Of a stretch of 64,000 nucleotides of DNA, positions 12,101 through 25,891 are shown in pieces. How positions within the stretch are numbered: the first letter of the stretch is position 1; each line of letters begins with the position of its first letter. Source of the stretch: Eutreptiella sp. 'Long Island Sound 2002'. Its lineage: Eukaryota; Protista; Euglenida. The translations under genes and the position numbers were made by a program. The notes beneath the pieces are model-generated. The model did not search any database and was not told the origin of the DNA. It saw only the letters and a list, made by a program, of their open reading frames with translations. The stretch spans positions 171,368,001-171,432,000 of the forward strand of contig OZ038378.1 of the NCBI GenBank assembly GCA_964036045.1, written 5' to 3'.

Positions 12101-15100
12101 AGCATCGACCGCCAACACTGGGGCTGTGGGGCCTTAATGATCCCATGCCTGACATTCTGGTATGCAGTGTTGCCTCGTGTCAGGAGGTTGGTACAAGTTT
12201 CTTAATGAGGGCCTGTGAGTAAGCTGTGGGCTGTGGGCTTGAGAGAGGGTTGGGGGCTGGGGGGGGGGGGGGGCTCTCGGTCAGTCACTAGGCCAGAGCT
12301 GCAGGTCCCAAGTCTGCCTCTTGTGGTCTCCACCTCAGAGTTGGGGCTGTCATGATACAGGACGTGCTGGGGGCAGACCAGCGTTTTTCGTTGTCCTGCA
12401 CTCAACCAGCAAGCATGCACCTAAGATGGCGACACAGTAGATCCGGTAGCTGTGGACACTGTGGCCAGAGTGCATGCAGGGCAAAGGAAGGGGGGGCGGT
12501 AGGTATGGGGTGCAGGAGAGTCCACTCTAAAGGGGCTGATGACACCCATCAATCCAAACACAAATCCAACAGGACCAAACCCACGACTTCCATGACCCAC
12601 AGCCCCAACGTCAGAAAAAGTGACAAAGCTTCTGAATTCTTAAGAGACTTTTTTTCTCACGAAGGACCACGTGCACGTGGGTCAAAAAAAATCATTACGT
12701 TCAATTCAACATTTTGCAGGAACATTTTGCTCACCGAGGTAAACTTTTTGTGGGCACCGGACTTCTGAGTGAATGACTCTTGGTCCTGTGAAAAATGCAA
12801 CTCTTGTACAATGATGTACGATGCATGCAATTTAATCGTTAAGGTCGCTATGGGGTGCTGTGCGGAACTGGCAACTGTACATACTGTAAAAAATTTGTAT
12901 TTACAATTAAAAAAATTACATGCAATACCTTCTTTTTTTGAAGTGTTGGGAGTTACACGACCTTACAGCAACAGCCCTAGTCCACAAAATACAAAGTACT
13001 CTGCGTGGCCACCAATTAATGAGGACCCAACCAATATATGAATATGGAGGTATGATGGAGGTAAATGTGGAGGTAGGACAGGGCCACTTGTGGTGGATTA
13101 GCACAGACCTCCAAGGTCAGCTCGTTGATGAATTGCTCATCACACTCTTGCTGGGGACGAAATCAAAAGGAATACATAACCCATGCCGTCTTGAGGGCCC
13201 ACATGTGGGCAAAAGGGCTACATAACCCTTGCTGTCCTGGGGTCCCCAAATTGGGATGAAAACAGAAGGGGTGAGTGGTAGTAAATGCAAATACAAAAAA
13301 ACCATACGTCGTGTAGTTTTTTTTTGGGGGGGGGGGGGGTAAACACAAGTACAAAAAATCGTACGTCGTGCAATTTTGCGGTAAATGCGGGTATCTGGTC
13401 CAATACAATTTGTTTGGTACTCGAATGTACTGCAAAACAAAAATACACAACTTACAACATACACCTTGGTCCTGCCGAGGGAGCCCAAATCTCGGACCCC
13501 TCGGACCTAGTTTCCTAGTTTTTACAGCCTCCACTGACCTTCCGCTCACTTTGCAACGTCTAGCTTCTCTTTGACTATGGACCTAGACAGCCACCCCCTG
13601 TTTCTTTTGGACTCTTCCAGTCCGTTACTCTGGTGCTCTCCTGTGTGTTTGTGCTCATTGTTGTGTAATTAGTCAGCAGCATGAGGCTAAGGCTGGATCC
13701 ATGATTCACTGTGCTCTCCCTCCGGTATAGCCCTAGTTGCTGTTTGCATGCCCTCCCAGGGGTGCATTGACCTTGGGGCCCACCAATTGCCATTGGGGGT
13801 CATATACTTGATATACTTGTCTGCACATAACCGAGCCAGCAGAGGATTTCCAGGTTTTTTTATGCCCTCTACTGAAACAGGCTTTGCACATGTGTGTGGG
13901 ACAGCGGCAGGATGTTCGGTTGCAAAAAGGAACATGTATCCGGAGGCAGTTGTAATATTTGTGTCCCGTCATCCGCCATGGGGGGTGCTTCAGTGTAGTT
14001 CTGGACCCTAACACCTGCATGTCAGCATCGGGGTGGGGGGGCGTGGGGTGGGGGCGGGGGAGAGGGGGGGGGGACGGTTGTTTTTTTGGCACATTTGTAT
14101 CCCCATTAAAATCCACTAACTTTGACCAGACACAAGTTGGGGTTAACAGTGTTGACCACTCACCATAAGTGAAAAAAAGACAGGAGCTGACACATGACTG
14201 AACCTTGTTGTCTGCCCCATTGTCATCATAGTGGAATCACTGCTGCTGCCCATGGGCGTAGGGTTGGGGGTCTGGAAAGCGGGAGTGGTCTGGGTCCCCA
14301 CACCCCCCGTGTGCTCCCTCATAATCAGTTTAACCACCGCGTACAGAGTGGGGACAGCTTGCAAAATTGTCTCCCAAACTATTTTTGAGCTACACCACAA
14401 AGGATACCCAGGACGATCGTGGGAAGGGTCCTTCAAAACCAACCTCATGCGTTTTGGGTTTCCGGAGGAGGCGAGGCATTCTTTGTTTGACTGGATGAAG
14501 CACCGAGGTGACAAATCCCCACACAGGGTGCCCATGGTGAGAACACACTTCTCCTGTCATCACACATGTCCTACCCATGGATCCTGTTTAGGTACTGCAA
14601 ATGCCACTGCCCCAGACCTGCAACGAGGACTCCAGTTCCTGAATGCTTTTGTTGAACTCGATGTAGTCCTTGTCAAACGCCGGTTTTGTGTAGTCCAACA
14701 GGTCCGAAGTCTTGCGCTTCAGCTCGTCCACAATCTCAAAAAAGCGGTTGATCAGAGTCTCCATTCCGTCGATGTTGTAAGCAGAGAGCGACGTGAACTG
14801 CTCGATGGTCGTGAACACGTCAATGAGCTTCTGAATGCGTTTGCAGAACAGCTCGAATTTCCCGAAAATGTGCAGCTCGTTGAAGCTGAACTGTTTGGAG
14901 CTGGCAGAGTTGGACAGACTTTCCTTCGCCTGAGAAGAGCCACGCAGCCGAGAAAGTGTGCGACGCGTAGTAGTGGGCCTGAGAAGAGGCACCGTACGAA
15001 TTTGCGGTACGTCTGGCGTTGCTCCTCGACTCAAAAAAAGAGGGGGGGGGGCTGGGGCCATAAAGGTCAAAGCAATGAACACCTACGGACCCCTCCGGTG

Positions 15101-18100
15101 TACTTGTTCCATGTTTGTAGAGGGGGCGCTCCAACCTATGGGCGATTCATGCGGATCAACGCAGCCTTTGGGATGCTCGCTGTGCCTCTCGTACGAGCTG
15201 CTATGCTGTTCCAATGAACACTCAGAACCCCCCTCCACCTGCGGGCCACAGTCAACAAGGACAGAAACATTCCCGGACACACGCTGGTGGCGTCGACCGG
15301 CCCAGGGGGTCTGGACAGCGGCAAAACAAGGGCAAGCCGCCGCGACGGCAGGAGGAGACCTTGAAATACTCCTCCTGATAGATGGCATTGAGGCGGATGC
15401 AAAGGTCCAGATTGTTGAGCAGATCGCTCAGCAGCCCCATCTCCAGGGCCTGTTCCCACAGTCTGCCCTCGCGGCGAATGGTGTACTTACAGTTGACGAT
15501 CATTTGGTTGGTCATCTTGATGAACAGCGTCGTCACGTGCTCCGGGGTCCCGTAGTACCGCGCGATGGTGTACATCATCTTGACGTTGTTCATGAAACTG
15601 GGCAGCACCTGCAGCGCGCGCCCGCGGGGCTGAGGGGGGGGCGGGGGGGACTGGGGCGGGGACTGCCCCCGGGGCTGGACGGGGTCGGTGGACCATCAAC
15701 TGCCCCCGGCTGCGCCTTCAATACGCCAAGAAAGCGACGCTGTGAGTGGGGCGGGCGGCCAGAGCGACACACCGAACCACCTCAGGTCACGAGACCGCAC
15801 TGGGGTCGTCCTTTCGGGGTCGTCCTTTCGGTCAGCCAACAGACAACCGCCCGCCTGCGGTACGCCCGGATCTCAGACGTACGGCGGCCAGTCAGGAACG
15901 GCTGTCGGTGACGGGCCATCGCCATCGGTCGACCGTCAGCTGCCGTCGCTTGACCACCGGCCGCCGTCGGTTGTGTGCTGTTACCGTCAGGATCAGGGAC
16001 GTGCTTATCCACAGGGGGCGGGGCGGGGGGGGGGGCGGGGGTTTGGCGGGCCCACCCACCCAGACCAAAAACCAAAACAATTTCCTCAAGGGAACAATGA
16101 AATGTTGAATAGAGAGCCAAACGTGAGAGGCCCATTTCACGTACACAAACTTTCTTTTGCGCTCACTACCCCCCCACCCACCCCCGGAGGCCGACCACGA
16201 AGCACAACGCTGGTTGGGATTATCATCGTTGTTGCCGTTGCCATTGCGGGGCATGCCGCCGGTACTGTCATGCCGCCGTCGCATTCCTGCCGCCCGGCTG
16301 CCCTCGTGAAAGGAATGAACGGGCCAGAGAGATCTCGTTCCCGCAGGACAGCCCTGGACTACAACAACGGGTCGATCCCCGCCCCCCCACAACGCGCAGA
16401 GGGCGTACAAGAAACTTGTGGGAGCCGGCGTCGTGAAGATACCTCCATAATGGCCTCGGGGTTGGCGTGGTAGAGGGGCTCCATGTACTTCTCGAGGGTC
16501 GTCAAGTACTTCACATTGTCCTTTGCCTCGTGCATGCCCTCCGTCAGGTCCGTCTCTATGTCCTGCCACCGCTTCAGGTTATCCGACCGGGCAAACCGCA
16601 GGACCCCCAGTGCGGCTCGCAGTTCGGGAGTGTTCAGCTGGTCCTGGGAAAGAGGGTGTGGAGAGAGGTGCGGGGGGCACAGCTCGCCAGCAAGCTCCGA
16701 GCACTGATGCACCGGATATGCCTTCGTGTTTGCGGCAATCACAGCACGACACAAAAACCCGGGTAAACTGAAATAGTCATTGCATGTCCAATCCCTGTGT
16801 GGTACCCCGCCCCCCCCCCTTGCAATCTCCCCCCCTAGTGTGCGACGGTCTCCCAAGGGGGGGGGGGGGGGGGCGGTCACCAAGTGACGGTCTCCCCCCC
16901 CCGAATTCTAGTTTAACCGAAAGAAAATTTGTTCGGCGCCTCCAGCGCCTAGTATTTCCTATGCTTTTTGGGCCAAGTGACGGACTCCCGGGGGGGGGGG
17001 GGGTTGCAAGAAGGGGGGGGGGGGAGATTGCAATGGGGGGGGGGTTAGCTTGGGAGGTATCCAGCATGGGCTGGTCTGGGCCGCCCTGTGGCGAGTTATC
17101 GGGGACAAATGTCGCTGCTTGGCTCGGGTTGCTCAACAGAAAACAGGTCTGTAGATGGCAGACTGTACAACTTGTCGTAAACGAGTATTTGTCCGCACCG
17201 TTCACAAACACTTGTTTTCTTTGCTCCGCTCCTCACGTCAAGTGGTGAGAAGGCGGAACCTCACCTGAGATTCTTTACAAGGGGCATTTTTGCAAAGCAC
17301 AGGTGAGCATCTGCGGCTCACGATTCCCCCGCAAACACACCAACACTGTTTTCCAGGGGATTGTCGGCTCCGTGTTGTGAAGGAGTATGGGGACAACCCT
17401 GACACAGAGGCACACGGCAGCACAGAGCCACACGGAGTCCTACACTGCCACAGACACAGCCATATGGAGCAAGACAGAGCTAAACAAAGCCACGCAGCGC
17501 CCATACAGATCGGAATTCCATTTGGAACCGCAGGTCATTGGGCGGGGCCTGTGGGTGGCCGGCCGCCATCCCCTTTGGCAGTGTGTAGCGCGTGGAGAAC
17601 GCGCGTGTAGGCCCCCTACTTCCTCCACGGGCGCTCATATCGCAGGCAAACAGCGGCCAAAAGGAATGGACGTTGGGCCCAGAGAAATGTTCTTTTCGCC
17701 CCAACCCCCTCAATGATCGGTGTGTCAGCCGATGGATACCCCTGGACCAGTCCTTTGGAGGGAGGGAGGCTGGTGCTGGTGAGTCTCAAGACATGCCGCA
17801 AAGCGATGGCTTTGTGTTGGGAAGCAGGTGCAGGGCAAATCGCAGCAATAAAACGGCCGGAGCACTTTGGGGCGGCCGCGAGCGGGTGCAGCGGAACGTG
17901 CCATGGCTGCGGGAGGGAGGGAGGTGGACAACTATAGGCCTATCTGGACCCCCTCTGAAACCGTCCAAGCGCCTCCGTGGCCCTGGATGGTGACCCGTTG
18001 CTCCCTCGGCCGCACTCAAAAGGTTTGGGGCCTATGCTGCTCTTGCCTTCGACGGGCAGTGCTTGCCTTCGGTGCCCACTGTCTCATGGGTGGCACACCC

Positions 18101-21100
18101 CCACTCGCCAGTGCCGCACCATCGCATCGAGCGCTGGTTCCCACGGACCACCACTGCGGGGGAGTCAGGGAGTATTGCGGCAAAGGCTCCGCCCCCAAAA
18201 GCCTGAACGTGTGCGTAGGCGCCCCCCGTGAGATCTGGAATCCGAGGCGGCCGGACCATGAGGCCCTGGGAATGCTCTACCACACGGTACACCCCCGTTC
18301 GTCTCGACGGGGTCGCCGCACATATGTGTGCGGTGTCGTCGTTGCTCAAAGAGCGTTGCAGAACCGGGCTGAGGCTGCGCCCTGTCTCTCTAAGTGTGTG
18401 TAGACGTGCGCGCACTTGTGCATTTGTGGACGAGTGTGGGGCAGCACGCGGGGATACAGTCTGCCGCTGCCTGCAGGTCAGCGCAGCTGCAGGAAAAAAA
18501 AGAACTGGTTGCATGCGTCGCAACCCCCGCCTTCTTGCGAGAACAACGGTAAAGTTCCAAAAGTTGCGGAAAGAGCCTTCCACAAAAAGCACTGAATATG
18601 ACGACTCAATACTGTCTGCCAATCCATCCTCGACGCTGGCATTGACGGTTGTGGACAACCCTGCAATCGAACCAAACCATAGACACGAAGGCACACGCAC
18701 CTGAATGTTCTCAAACTTGTTGTAGCGCGTCTTCCAATACTCCAGCTCTGTCAATGGCCCTATGTTCTCGGGGATGTTCTGGGGTTCGGAGCCTGCACAC
18801 TCTTCCTGTTCCTCCAAGAATGCCTGCAACACCAACAATATGTATTGCCACATATAGCGCCTGACTCCAATTCAACTCAGCCCCAGCCCCAATCCTGCCC
18901 CTGGCGCCCCAGCGTGGGGCATTGGCACACACAAGACCCACAAGAGGGGGTTGCTATAAAAGCGAAGTGAATATGCCGGTTGGTACTTCTGGGTGTACAC
19001 ACTGATTTAAGTTTTCAAGGGGGGGAGGGGCATGACGCACACCAGGCACACGGAGGGAGGGGGGGGTGCGAACCATGAAGATGGAGTACATTTGCCTGTT
19101 GGCGCTTCTATTGGAATGCAGTTGTGTTTTGTGGAAGTATGTGCCGGGCCTGTTTGTGGTTTTGGGGAGTGTGCATGCAGGGAGGGGGTGCTTCTGTTTG
19201 TGAGCGTGGAAGGTCTATCCCACGGCTCACAATTGCTTGGAGGGGGGCTGCCATGTTGAGGCAGGGGGGGAAACACCAAAGTGCCACTGTTATGGTTGCA
19301 GCCATTTGTTTTGCTTTGAGCCAACATCGTACTCAGGCAACTAGACCATCACCCGTGTAATTCTCAGCGAAGCACCTCGAAGAGAGACGAGCGATGTTGT
19401 GGGGAAATCGTACATAGGCCGACGAAATCCCACCCATCGCAGTGCAAACAGGCCCCAAATGGCGCTTTTGAGGCCAATATGCACCCTAAGGAGGGCCTAT
19501 TTGGTGCTGCATGAGTTTATATGTACTCCCATAGTCACCGAATGATCACCCAACAACAGCCCAAGGGTCCCGAGGGGTTTTCAGAGGTCACTCTGAAATC
19601 ATGATTTTTCAGCCACCCCATGCTGGCCTGAAACCGACCAAGTCCTCACCGGCGGGTCCCTGTAGGGGGCCTGATCTGAGAACCTTGGAGATAACACCCG
19701 GGAACCCCGCTATTGATAGGGGGTCCATGTAGAAGAAACAAGTGGAATGGGACCTGGGACTGAATCGACGCACAGCGGGGGTTCTGGACCAACCAAATTT
19801 TGCCCATCACGTTGCAAACAGGCCCAAAACAACGCTTTCAGGGGCCAATAAGCGCCACTAGGAGGGCCTAAGTCGTGCTACATGGCTCCCCGTGGCTTTA
19901 CATGTGCTCCCATTGTCACCAAATGATCATCCAACAACGGCCCAAGGGTCCCCGGAGGACGTCGGAGGTAACCCTGAAATCGCAAATTTTCAGCCAACCC
20001 ATGGCGGCCTAGCAACGGGGAAGTCGTAACTAGTGGGGCTCCATAAGGGGGCTGATCTTGGAAAGTTGGAGATAGCACCCGGGACCCCTGTCATTGGTCA
20101 GGGGGTCCATATAGAAGAAAAAAGTGGAGTGGGACCTGGGTCCAAACTGACGCACAGTGGAGGCTATAGGCCAGGTTTTGACCCCCCACTGGACCCCAAA
20201 AAGTGGTACCCAGGTACAGGGGGATAGAGCGGTCAAATTCGAAAAATTCATTGAGGGATAATTTTGTCTCCCAAAATGATGATTTTACAAGGGGCTAGAC
20301 ATCCGATATCATACAGTGGGGTATGCTATGCGAATGACCTCAAAAGGGGGAGGGGATATATGGCGCCCGCGCCTGCGCTTGATCCAACAACCTCTCTTCA
20401 AGGTGATTTGCGAGCCTACGTCCATTGTTCGCATGTGTGACAAATTGGACACACATAGCCACCAAATAGTCGACTGTTTAACCAATGTTCCCGCAGGGCG
20501 CACCTATTAAATGGCCAATTTTGCAGGCAATCCTGTTGCCCCGGGCACACCTGGAGGACAGCAATCCACTGTGTCATCAGTGAATCAAGATGCTTCAGCA
20601 GCTCCTGATCCTGTGCGGCCTTGGAATATGTGTTGACCTCCAGGATACGTTTGGTGCTGACACTGCTAATGACGTGGTCCAGTTTGCCTGGATCAGGGCG
20701 CTGCAGAGTGATGGACTGCGGCCGCATCTCCACCAGGTCGGACATGTTGTCAAGGTATTTGTTGATGGTGGTGATCCACTCAGAGCTGTCACGCTGGCTG
20801 CATTTCCCCCAAGCCTTGCTAACACTGAGCATTGGGACATACAGAGTGCTGAGCACACGTTCAAAGTGTTGCAGCATGTCCGGCTCACAGGAGCCCATGA
20901 CCAGCTCATGTACGGCATCAATCTCCTGTAGGCGGGAAATTGATGATGTGAAGAAAGGCGCTGGCGAAAACACCAAAACTTTGTGGAAAAAGCGGGTGAG
21001 AGTGGAACGGCCTGACCACATGTGCAGCGTATGGACCCCTTGCGCTCATCTCCCCTTCAGGTGCCAACACCTCACTTTTGGCCCAACCCAGGGCCATGAG

Positions 21101-22726
21101 GTTGGGAGGGTTCCCACCATCACTGATGCGGGCTGTGCAATACATTTCTCATTGGCCGGTACCCTGGCATGACTGCGTACCTGAATCCACCTTTAATTAG
21201 CACCCGAAAAATTTAGTAATTCCAAGATCTCAACCCACAGGTCCATGTCACACACTGGCCCCTTCGTTGTGACCCATGCGTTAGCCTTCCACGTGATAGC
21301 TGAGCCTTGTACAACACGTCTGTTGTAAGCGTCACCTTGCCACCATTGTCTTGTTTTCTGCACCACCTCAATTGCTACCATTAATTCTACACAATTTACT
21401 GTCTGTTTTGTGTCCGGTGCAAAGCGGGGTGAGGTGGGGTGGGGGGGGGGGGGGTGAACCATACAAAACAAGTAAAATAGGCCGCTTTTACTTCCCGACC
21501 ATCCTTAGCAACTTGTTCGAGAGTTGTAGAACGGACCCTCCAAACTGTGGACGGGCACGTGGGCTGCTCACATCGCATTGGGCCTGGATTATGCTGTTGC
21601 TCTTTCTTTGGCTCTGGTTCTGCGTTGGCAGACATTCTGATGTGCCACTGATGCCGTGTGTCAGTAGGTTGGTACAGTATCTCCTCACGAGGGACGTGGG
21701 TCAGGTTTGTGAGCATGTCAATCAGCCGTGTATCAGGTAATTTGGGATGAGGTATTCAGACGCTGCGGAGCTGTGGAGGTCTGAAGGATGACGGTCTGAT
21801 AAAGTTCCTGTGATTAGACAGGGCCAGGCGTACACGTGACCCGTGGTAAGCAGTTGTTCGGGAGCGCATTGCGGCGACATTTACTGAAAATCATATCAAC
21901 CCCACCAGAATTGGTTGCAGTCGCCAGGACAATGTTGTTGTGAGCAGAAACAAGGCATCGGCTTTCTCACTACAACCGACTACAACAAACATGCCATCTT
22001 GCATCTTGACCACAAAAACTGTGGTCAGAGAAACGACGATCAAACGGGGTCACCGTGCTCAGACAAGGCCGCACGCCTCACGCAATCGGGCACAATCATC
22101 ATTCAAGCTGCGACCGCACGTGAGTCTGAAACGGAGCTATGTACACCATTGGCGACCCCACTGGGGTACAGAGACGTAGGTCCAGACGCAACCGGGAGGG
22201 GGAGGTACTATGGACTTGCCAACTTTAGATTTTGCAGTTGCAGCTTTTCGAACGTTGCATGACCCCAAAAAACATGCTGCTTGGCGTCGTATGAAAACGA
22301 ACCATGTTTGACAAAGCCATGGACAAAGAGGGGAAGGGGAGCCGCAAAAAGCAACCGTGGAAGCCAGGATACCCATGGGAGCACTATAGATGTGGTCCTT
22401 GGGGTCTAGGGAGAATGAGGAGACACCTTCGTGGACACGGCCACCCCCGGGGCGGTGTTGCGGAGGAGGTAGAGCATGCGCCGCGTTGGGGTGATGCATT
22501 TCCCAACATGCATCGTCAGGATGCACTCCGTCCCATTTGGGTCCTTGGGCTGGAAGCAGAAGAAAACGTGTGCAGGGCCTTCGCCCATGAAGAATTTCTG
22601 GAGCTTCTCATCGTTGCCATTGACCTCAAGGCACTTGTCAATATTCTGGAGGGTGAAATTGGGGTCCTCAAGGATGCAGTAGTCCACAAGCCGGTTGGAC
22701 ACGTACCGGAGGCGCGCGTCCGTCAT
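1704..22726 (-). CDS. ODA2: Axonemal outer-arm dynein heavy chain, gamma type (Chlamydomonas ODA2 / DNAH5-DNAH8 class), N-terminal tail region; 3' part lies outside the window
   Basis: Exons on the minus strand: 22726-22427, 20925-20551, 18823-18701, 16643-16443, 15608-15360, 14929-14618, 11618-11433, 10146-9982, 9092-8955, 6738-6429, 3744-3539, 1964-1704. They join in frame via GT-AG introns, plus GC-AG introns after 11433 and 3539. Diagnostic DHC N1 segments: [42 protein letters not shown]...[37 protein letters not shown]. Confidence 0.95.
6107..6139. repeat. (TTG)11 microsatellite in a dynein intron
   Basis: Perfect trinucleotide run. Confidence 0.95.
12130..12240 (-). repeat. Fragment homologous to 21600-21720, probably part of the same retroelement family
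   Basis: gacattctgg...gtgtcaggaggttggtacaagtttc aligns with gacattctga...gtgtcagtaggttggtacagtatc. Confidence 0.6.
16805..17044. mobile_element. ~240-bp MITE-like fold-back element in dynein intron 3
   Basis: The left end C-tract+TTGCAATCTCCCCCCC is the reverse complement of the right end GGGGAGATTGCAAT+G-tract. The interior aligns in reverse orientation with 24426-24647. Confidence 0.75.
19430..20410 (+). repeat. Dispersed repeat family A/B: two ~370-bp tandem units followed by a ~200-bp B segment
   Basis: tgcaaacaggccc at 19443 and 19813; B core cgcgcctgcgcttgatccaacaacctctcttcaaggtgattt. Homologues at 43100-43315, 55240-55630 and 62520-63250. Confidence 0.85.
21140..21410 (-). pseudogene. 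RNase H1-like domain relic of a retroelement, probably non-LTR, in dynein intron 1
   Basis: Translation [12 protein letters not shown]...[32 protein letters not shown]...[14 protein letters not shown] matches the RNase H motifs NxxAEL, WxxxxW..DLW and WVxxHxGxxGNE. Disrupted by a stop; the TDS motif is missing. Confidence 0.8.
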
Positions 22727-22931
22727 CGCGGGCAGACGGCGCTGGGCCTAGCACATGGGCACAATCAGGTGCTCCAAACAAATCTGTGGGGCACATAACA
22801 CACATGTGCAGCAACTCCCTGAAGCCCTGGCACAGGGCCCAACCCAAATCCCATCCCATTCACGCATTTTCTGCAGCTGAGCTCAGCTGAGCTCATCTCT
22901 CAGTCTGAAACACGGCGATCGTCAAGGGGAT

Positions 22932-24998
22932 TTACAGGACAAAGAAAACATGCAGCAGCACTAAACAAAATGCAATGGCCCGCGTATTCATTTTGCTGAA
23001 CCGAACGCATGTGCATACTGTAGCCCAAGCGCAAGATACCTTGAAATGGGTCTCCACCCTTTCTACCAGCTGGGCCTTGGTCCGTGCAACTGAAAGGTAG
23101 TGCTTGCAGATGGACCGCAATTCAATATCAGACCATTCATGGAAATGCTGGTGGCAACCTGTGCATCGAAACCAACCCCTCAAGAATAAACAGAAAGCAT
23201 CCGGAGTCCTCTAGAGGGTAACCGCAAGCATCCCGAAAGCCTCCAGGGTGCAACATTTCTCAGGGGCTCCAAGGAAACACCAGCCGCCTCTGATTTATTT
23301 AAAGACCATACACAGTGTGCAACGTTCCACGAGCAGTGCAGGTACTAGCCCTGAGCATGCTTTGCTCAGAGCTACAGCAGATCTACTTGTGCAAACAGTT
23401 GATGCCACAATGGTGGGGCTGAGGAGAGCACTTCTGCCCTTCTGCCCTTGACCTTGTTTCAAATATGGGTGGTCCTTCAGGAGCGTTTTTTTCCCCCTTC
23501 AGGACCGCTAAGTGTGGCTTTGCACTAGAGAGGGGCAAAGTAAGTGTACACACTGGTTTGCATTGGTTTGCGCCACTGCGGAAAAGTAGTTCTACTAGTT
23601 GAAAGTGGGACAACTGCTTCTGCCCCTTGGTGTACCTCCCATGCCGTTGCCCGCATGCTTCACACAAAATCTTTCCCAAGACCTTGAAATTTGGAGGGTG
23701 CTTCCGAGTCAGGAAGTGTTATGAAATCACTGGTGCGCAGCATGTCCAAGCATTTTGCCATTTGGTTTTTTTGTTGTGTCATTTGTGCAGTGTGCCAGCG
23801 GCAACGGAATGCAGATGAGGTTACAGCCCCATGACATCTGTCAAGGGCGGACCAGATCTACCAAAGCAAGCTAACAAGGTCACATCTCCTTTCCAAGGCT
23901 GGACTGGATCAGCCATATGATAGCACTTGGATTGCACTGTGCGTGTGCACGGAGTGGTCCAAAAACACCTCTGTTGTCAATTTTTCCCGTCGTGGCTACG
24001 CCCCTGACCCTGTCGATTTCTCCTAGATCCCCCGCTTGTGCAGCTCACTTGGCCTTCCAAGGCTTGGGGATGGCTGGTTCTGCATGTGGGGTGGGGGGGG
24101 GCACTTGACGTGGTGTGTGTTCACCGCGGAAAGTAAAGCGCAGCAGACCCCAAGCTGCCATTGATTTCAAGGCTTTTGGGCAGTGCACCCTGTTGTCAAG
24201 GCTTGTCCAAAGGTTGTACTGGCACACTACAGCCACTGGGGGTTCCAAATACAGCGTTGTATGTTCGTCACCTACAAGAACGCTGTACCGCGCGCACACA
24301 GCGCATGGTACACCCCCTCAACTGACCTCATTCCCTTGGACCCTGAGTGGTCTCAAATGTTGCTGCAGGTTAGACTCTTGCAGAGCTCACACAAATCACA
24401 GTGAAGATGCGAATGAATCACATATCCCCCCCCAGGGGTGGGGGAACTGTCACTTGGCCCATGAACAATAAGAAATCAATAGGGATCACAGGCGCCGAAG
24501 GCGCTGAAGAAAAATTTCGATTGGGTTCAGAATTCAGGTTATTGTTGTGTGGTGTCCGTCCCCCCTGGGGGTGGGGCGAATCGTCATTTGGTGACAGTCC
24601 CCCAGGGGGTGGGGGGGAACTGTCGTCCCTTGGGGGGGGGGGGGGGGTAGGTACCCCGCCCCCCCCTTGCGCAAACACGGGCCAAGTTCTGGTTCCAGGA
24701 CCAAAAGTGCAGAAACACGGGGTCCCCGTGTTTGGACAAGCCCGTGTTAGCACGCGGCACGTACTGCGGAACACAAGTTGCAGGCATAGGGGGACCGGCC
24801 ACGCTCAGGTGAAAGAGGCGACGAGGGAGCCCCACCCGAGGGTGAAGGTGATCGTATGGGGAAGGAGACACGCTCCAGAGGTGCATGATGCTCTTGTTCA
24901 TGCCCGTTGCGACCCAAAACTCGAGCAGGCACAAACTCATTGTTTGTGTACCGCTGGTATGTGACAGGCTGTCCAGCAGCGAAAAGAGAATCGTTCAT
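22932..24998 (-). pseudogene. Decayed TE-like ORF: Tudor/SH3-like N-terminus, Cys pairs, SAP-like C-terminal helix pair
   Basis: Fragments GQPVTYQRYTNNEFVPARVLG..GHEQEHHAPLERV (24747-24998), CEACGQRH (23383-23679) and CTGCHQHF then WSDIELRSICKHYLSVARTKAQLVERVETHF (22932-23183, SAP-like). Multiple stops and frameshifts; interrupted by a MITE. Confidence 0.5.
24426..24647. mobile_element. MITE-like element, inverted homologue of 16805-17044
   Basis: Shares gtcacttggccc...ggcgccgaaggcgc...gaattc...gtca(t/c)ttggtgac; C-tract and G-tract ends. Confidence 0.7.
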
Positions 24999-25791
24999 GA
25001 CTATGAAAGAGTGTCCAACAAACCGGCATACACCCCAGAGTACAAGAGCACATGGAAGTATAGCTGTAGCAACACTTTGTCACCCACATTGACCCTTCCT
25101 GCATCCTGCACAAAGCTATAAACCACGTTCTCTATTGGATCAGAACCGCAAAAACGACGGTTCAAAAAAAGGACCAAAAGTGCGGGCCATATCCCTTGGA
25201 TCACACAATCCTGGTCCTGCAGGCACGTCATCGCAGATTCTTAAGGCTGTTTTGGGGGGTCAAATGTGTTGAAAGACTTAGACTGCTGAGAGCGCCCACC
25301 GCCAAATGTTCACGATGGATATCAGAAGGGTTGTTGCCCAAACGGGACAGCTGTGCAGTTGAAGTATAAAAGCTGTACTGTTTTTAGAAGTACTAAACCC
25401 AGAAAAGTAAAACAGTTGCAAACAAGTATCAAAATTACAGAAAACACAACCGCTGTCCTACCCAGGAAGCAGTACAAGTACCAGCGAAAGCATACATCAT
25501 TTTAGCTACTTCTAACGGGTCGTACCAGTTTTGTTTGTTTGAAGCTATAGAAAGCGGAACCACCGACGAAAAAATTTTTTTTCGAAAAGTGCAATGACAC
25601 AAGGGAGTGCAGAATGCGGATACAAGGTATGCGTGGCAGGGACAGGCGTGATGCACAGGGCAAAGAGACACAAAGCAACACAGCAGCAGACGATACTGTG
25701 AAAATGTAGCAAGCATTACCTTTCGTGGTCTTGAGTATGGATACTAACCGTCGGACAGCGACTATATTACATGGTCAAATCAGCAGAATGG

Positions 25792-25891
25792 AAAATCTCA
25801 GCGCATTTGCGCTCAAAAAATCTGAAACGGCTAATATGATACCATAAAACTGCTGTTTGGTAAAATCTCAGCGCAAATGCGCCGAGATTTT
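25792..25891. repeat. Two copies of the palindrome AAAATCTCAGCGCA-NN-TGCGCTGAGATTTT (left cluster)
   Basis: Copies at 25792-25820 and 25862-25891. Confidence 0.9.

Noticed and set aside
14231-16473. Long plus-strand ORFs (328, 317 and 261 aa)
   Set aside because: Shadows of dynein exons in GC-rich DNA; no recognisable motifs.
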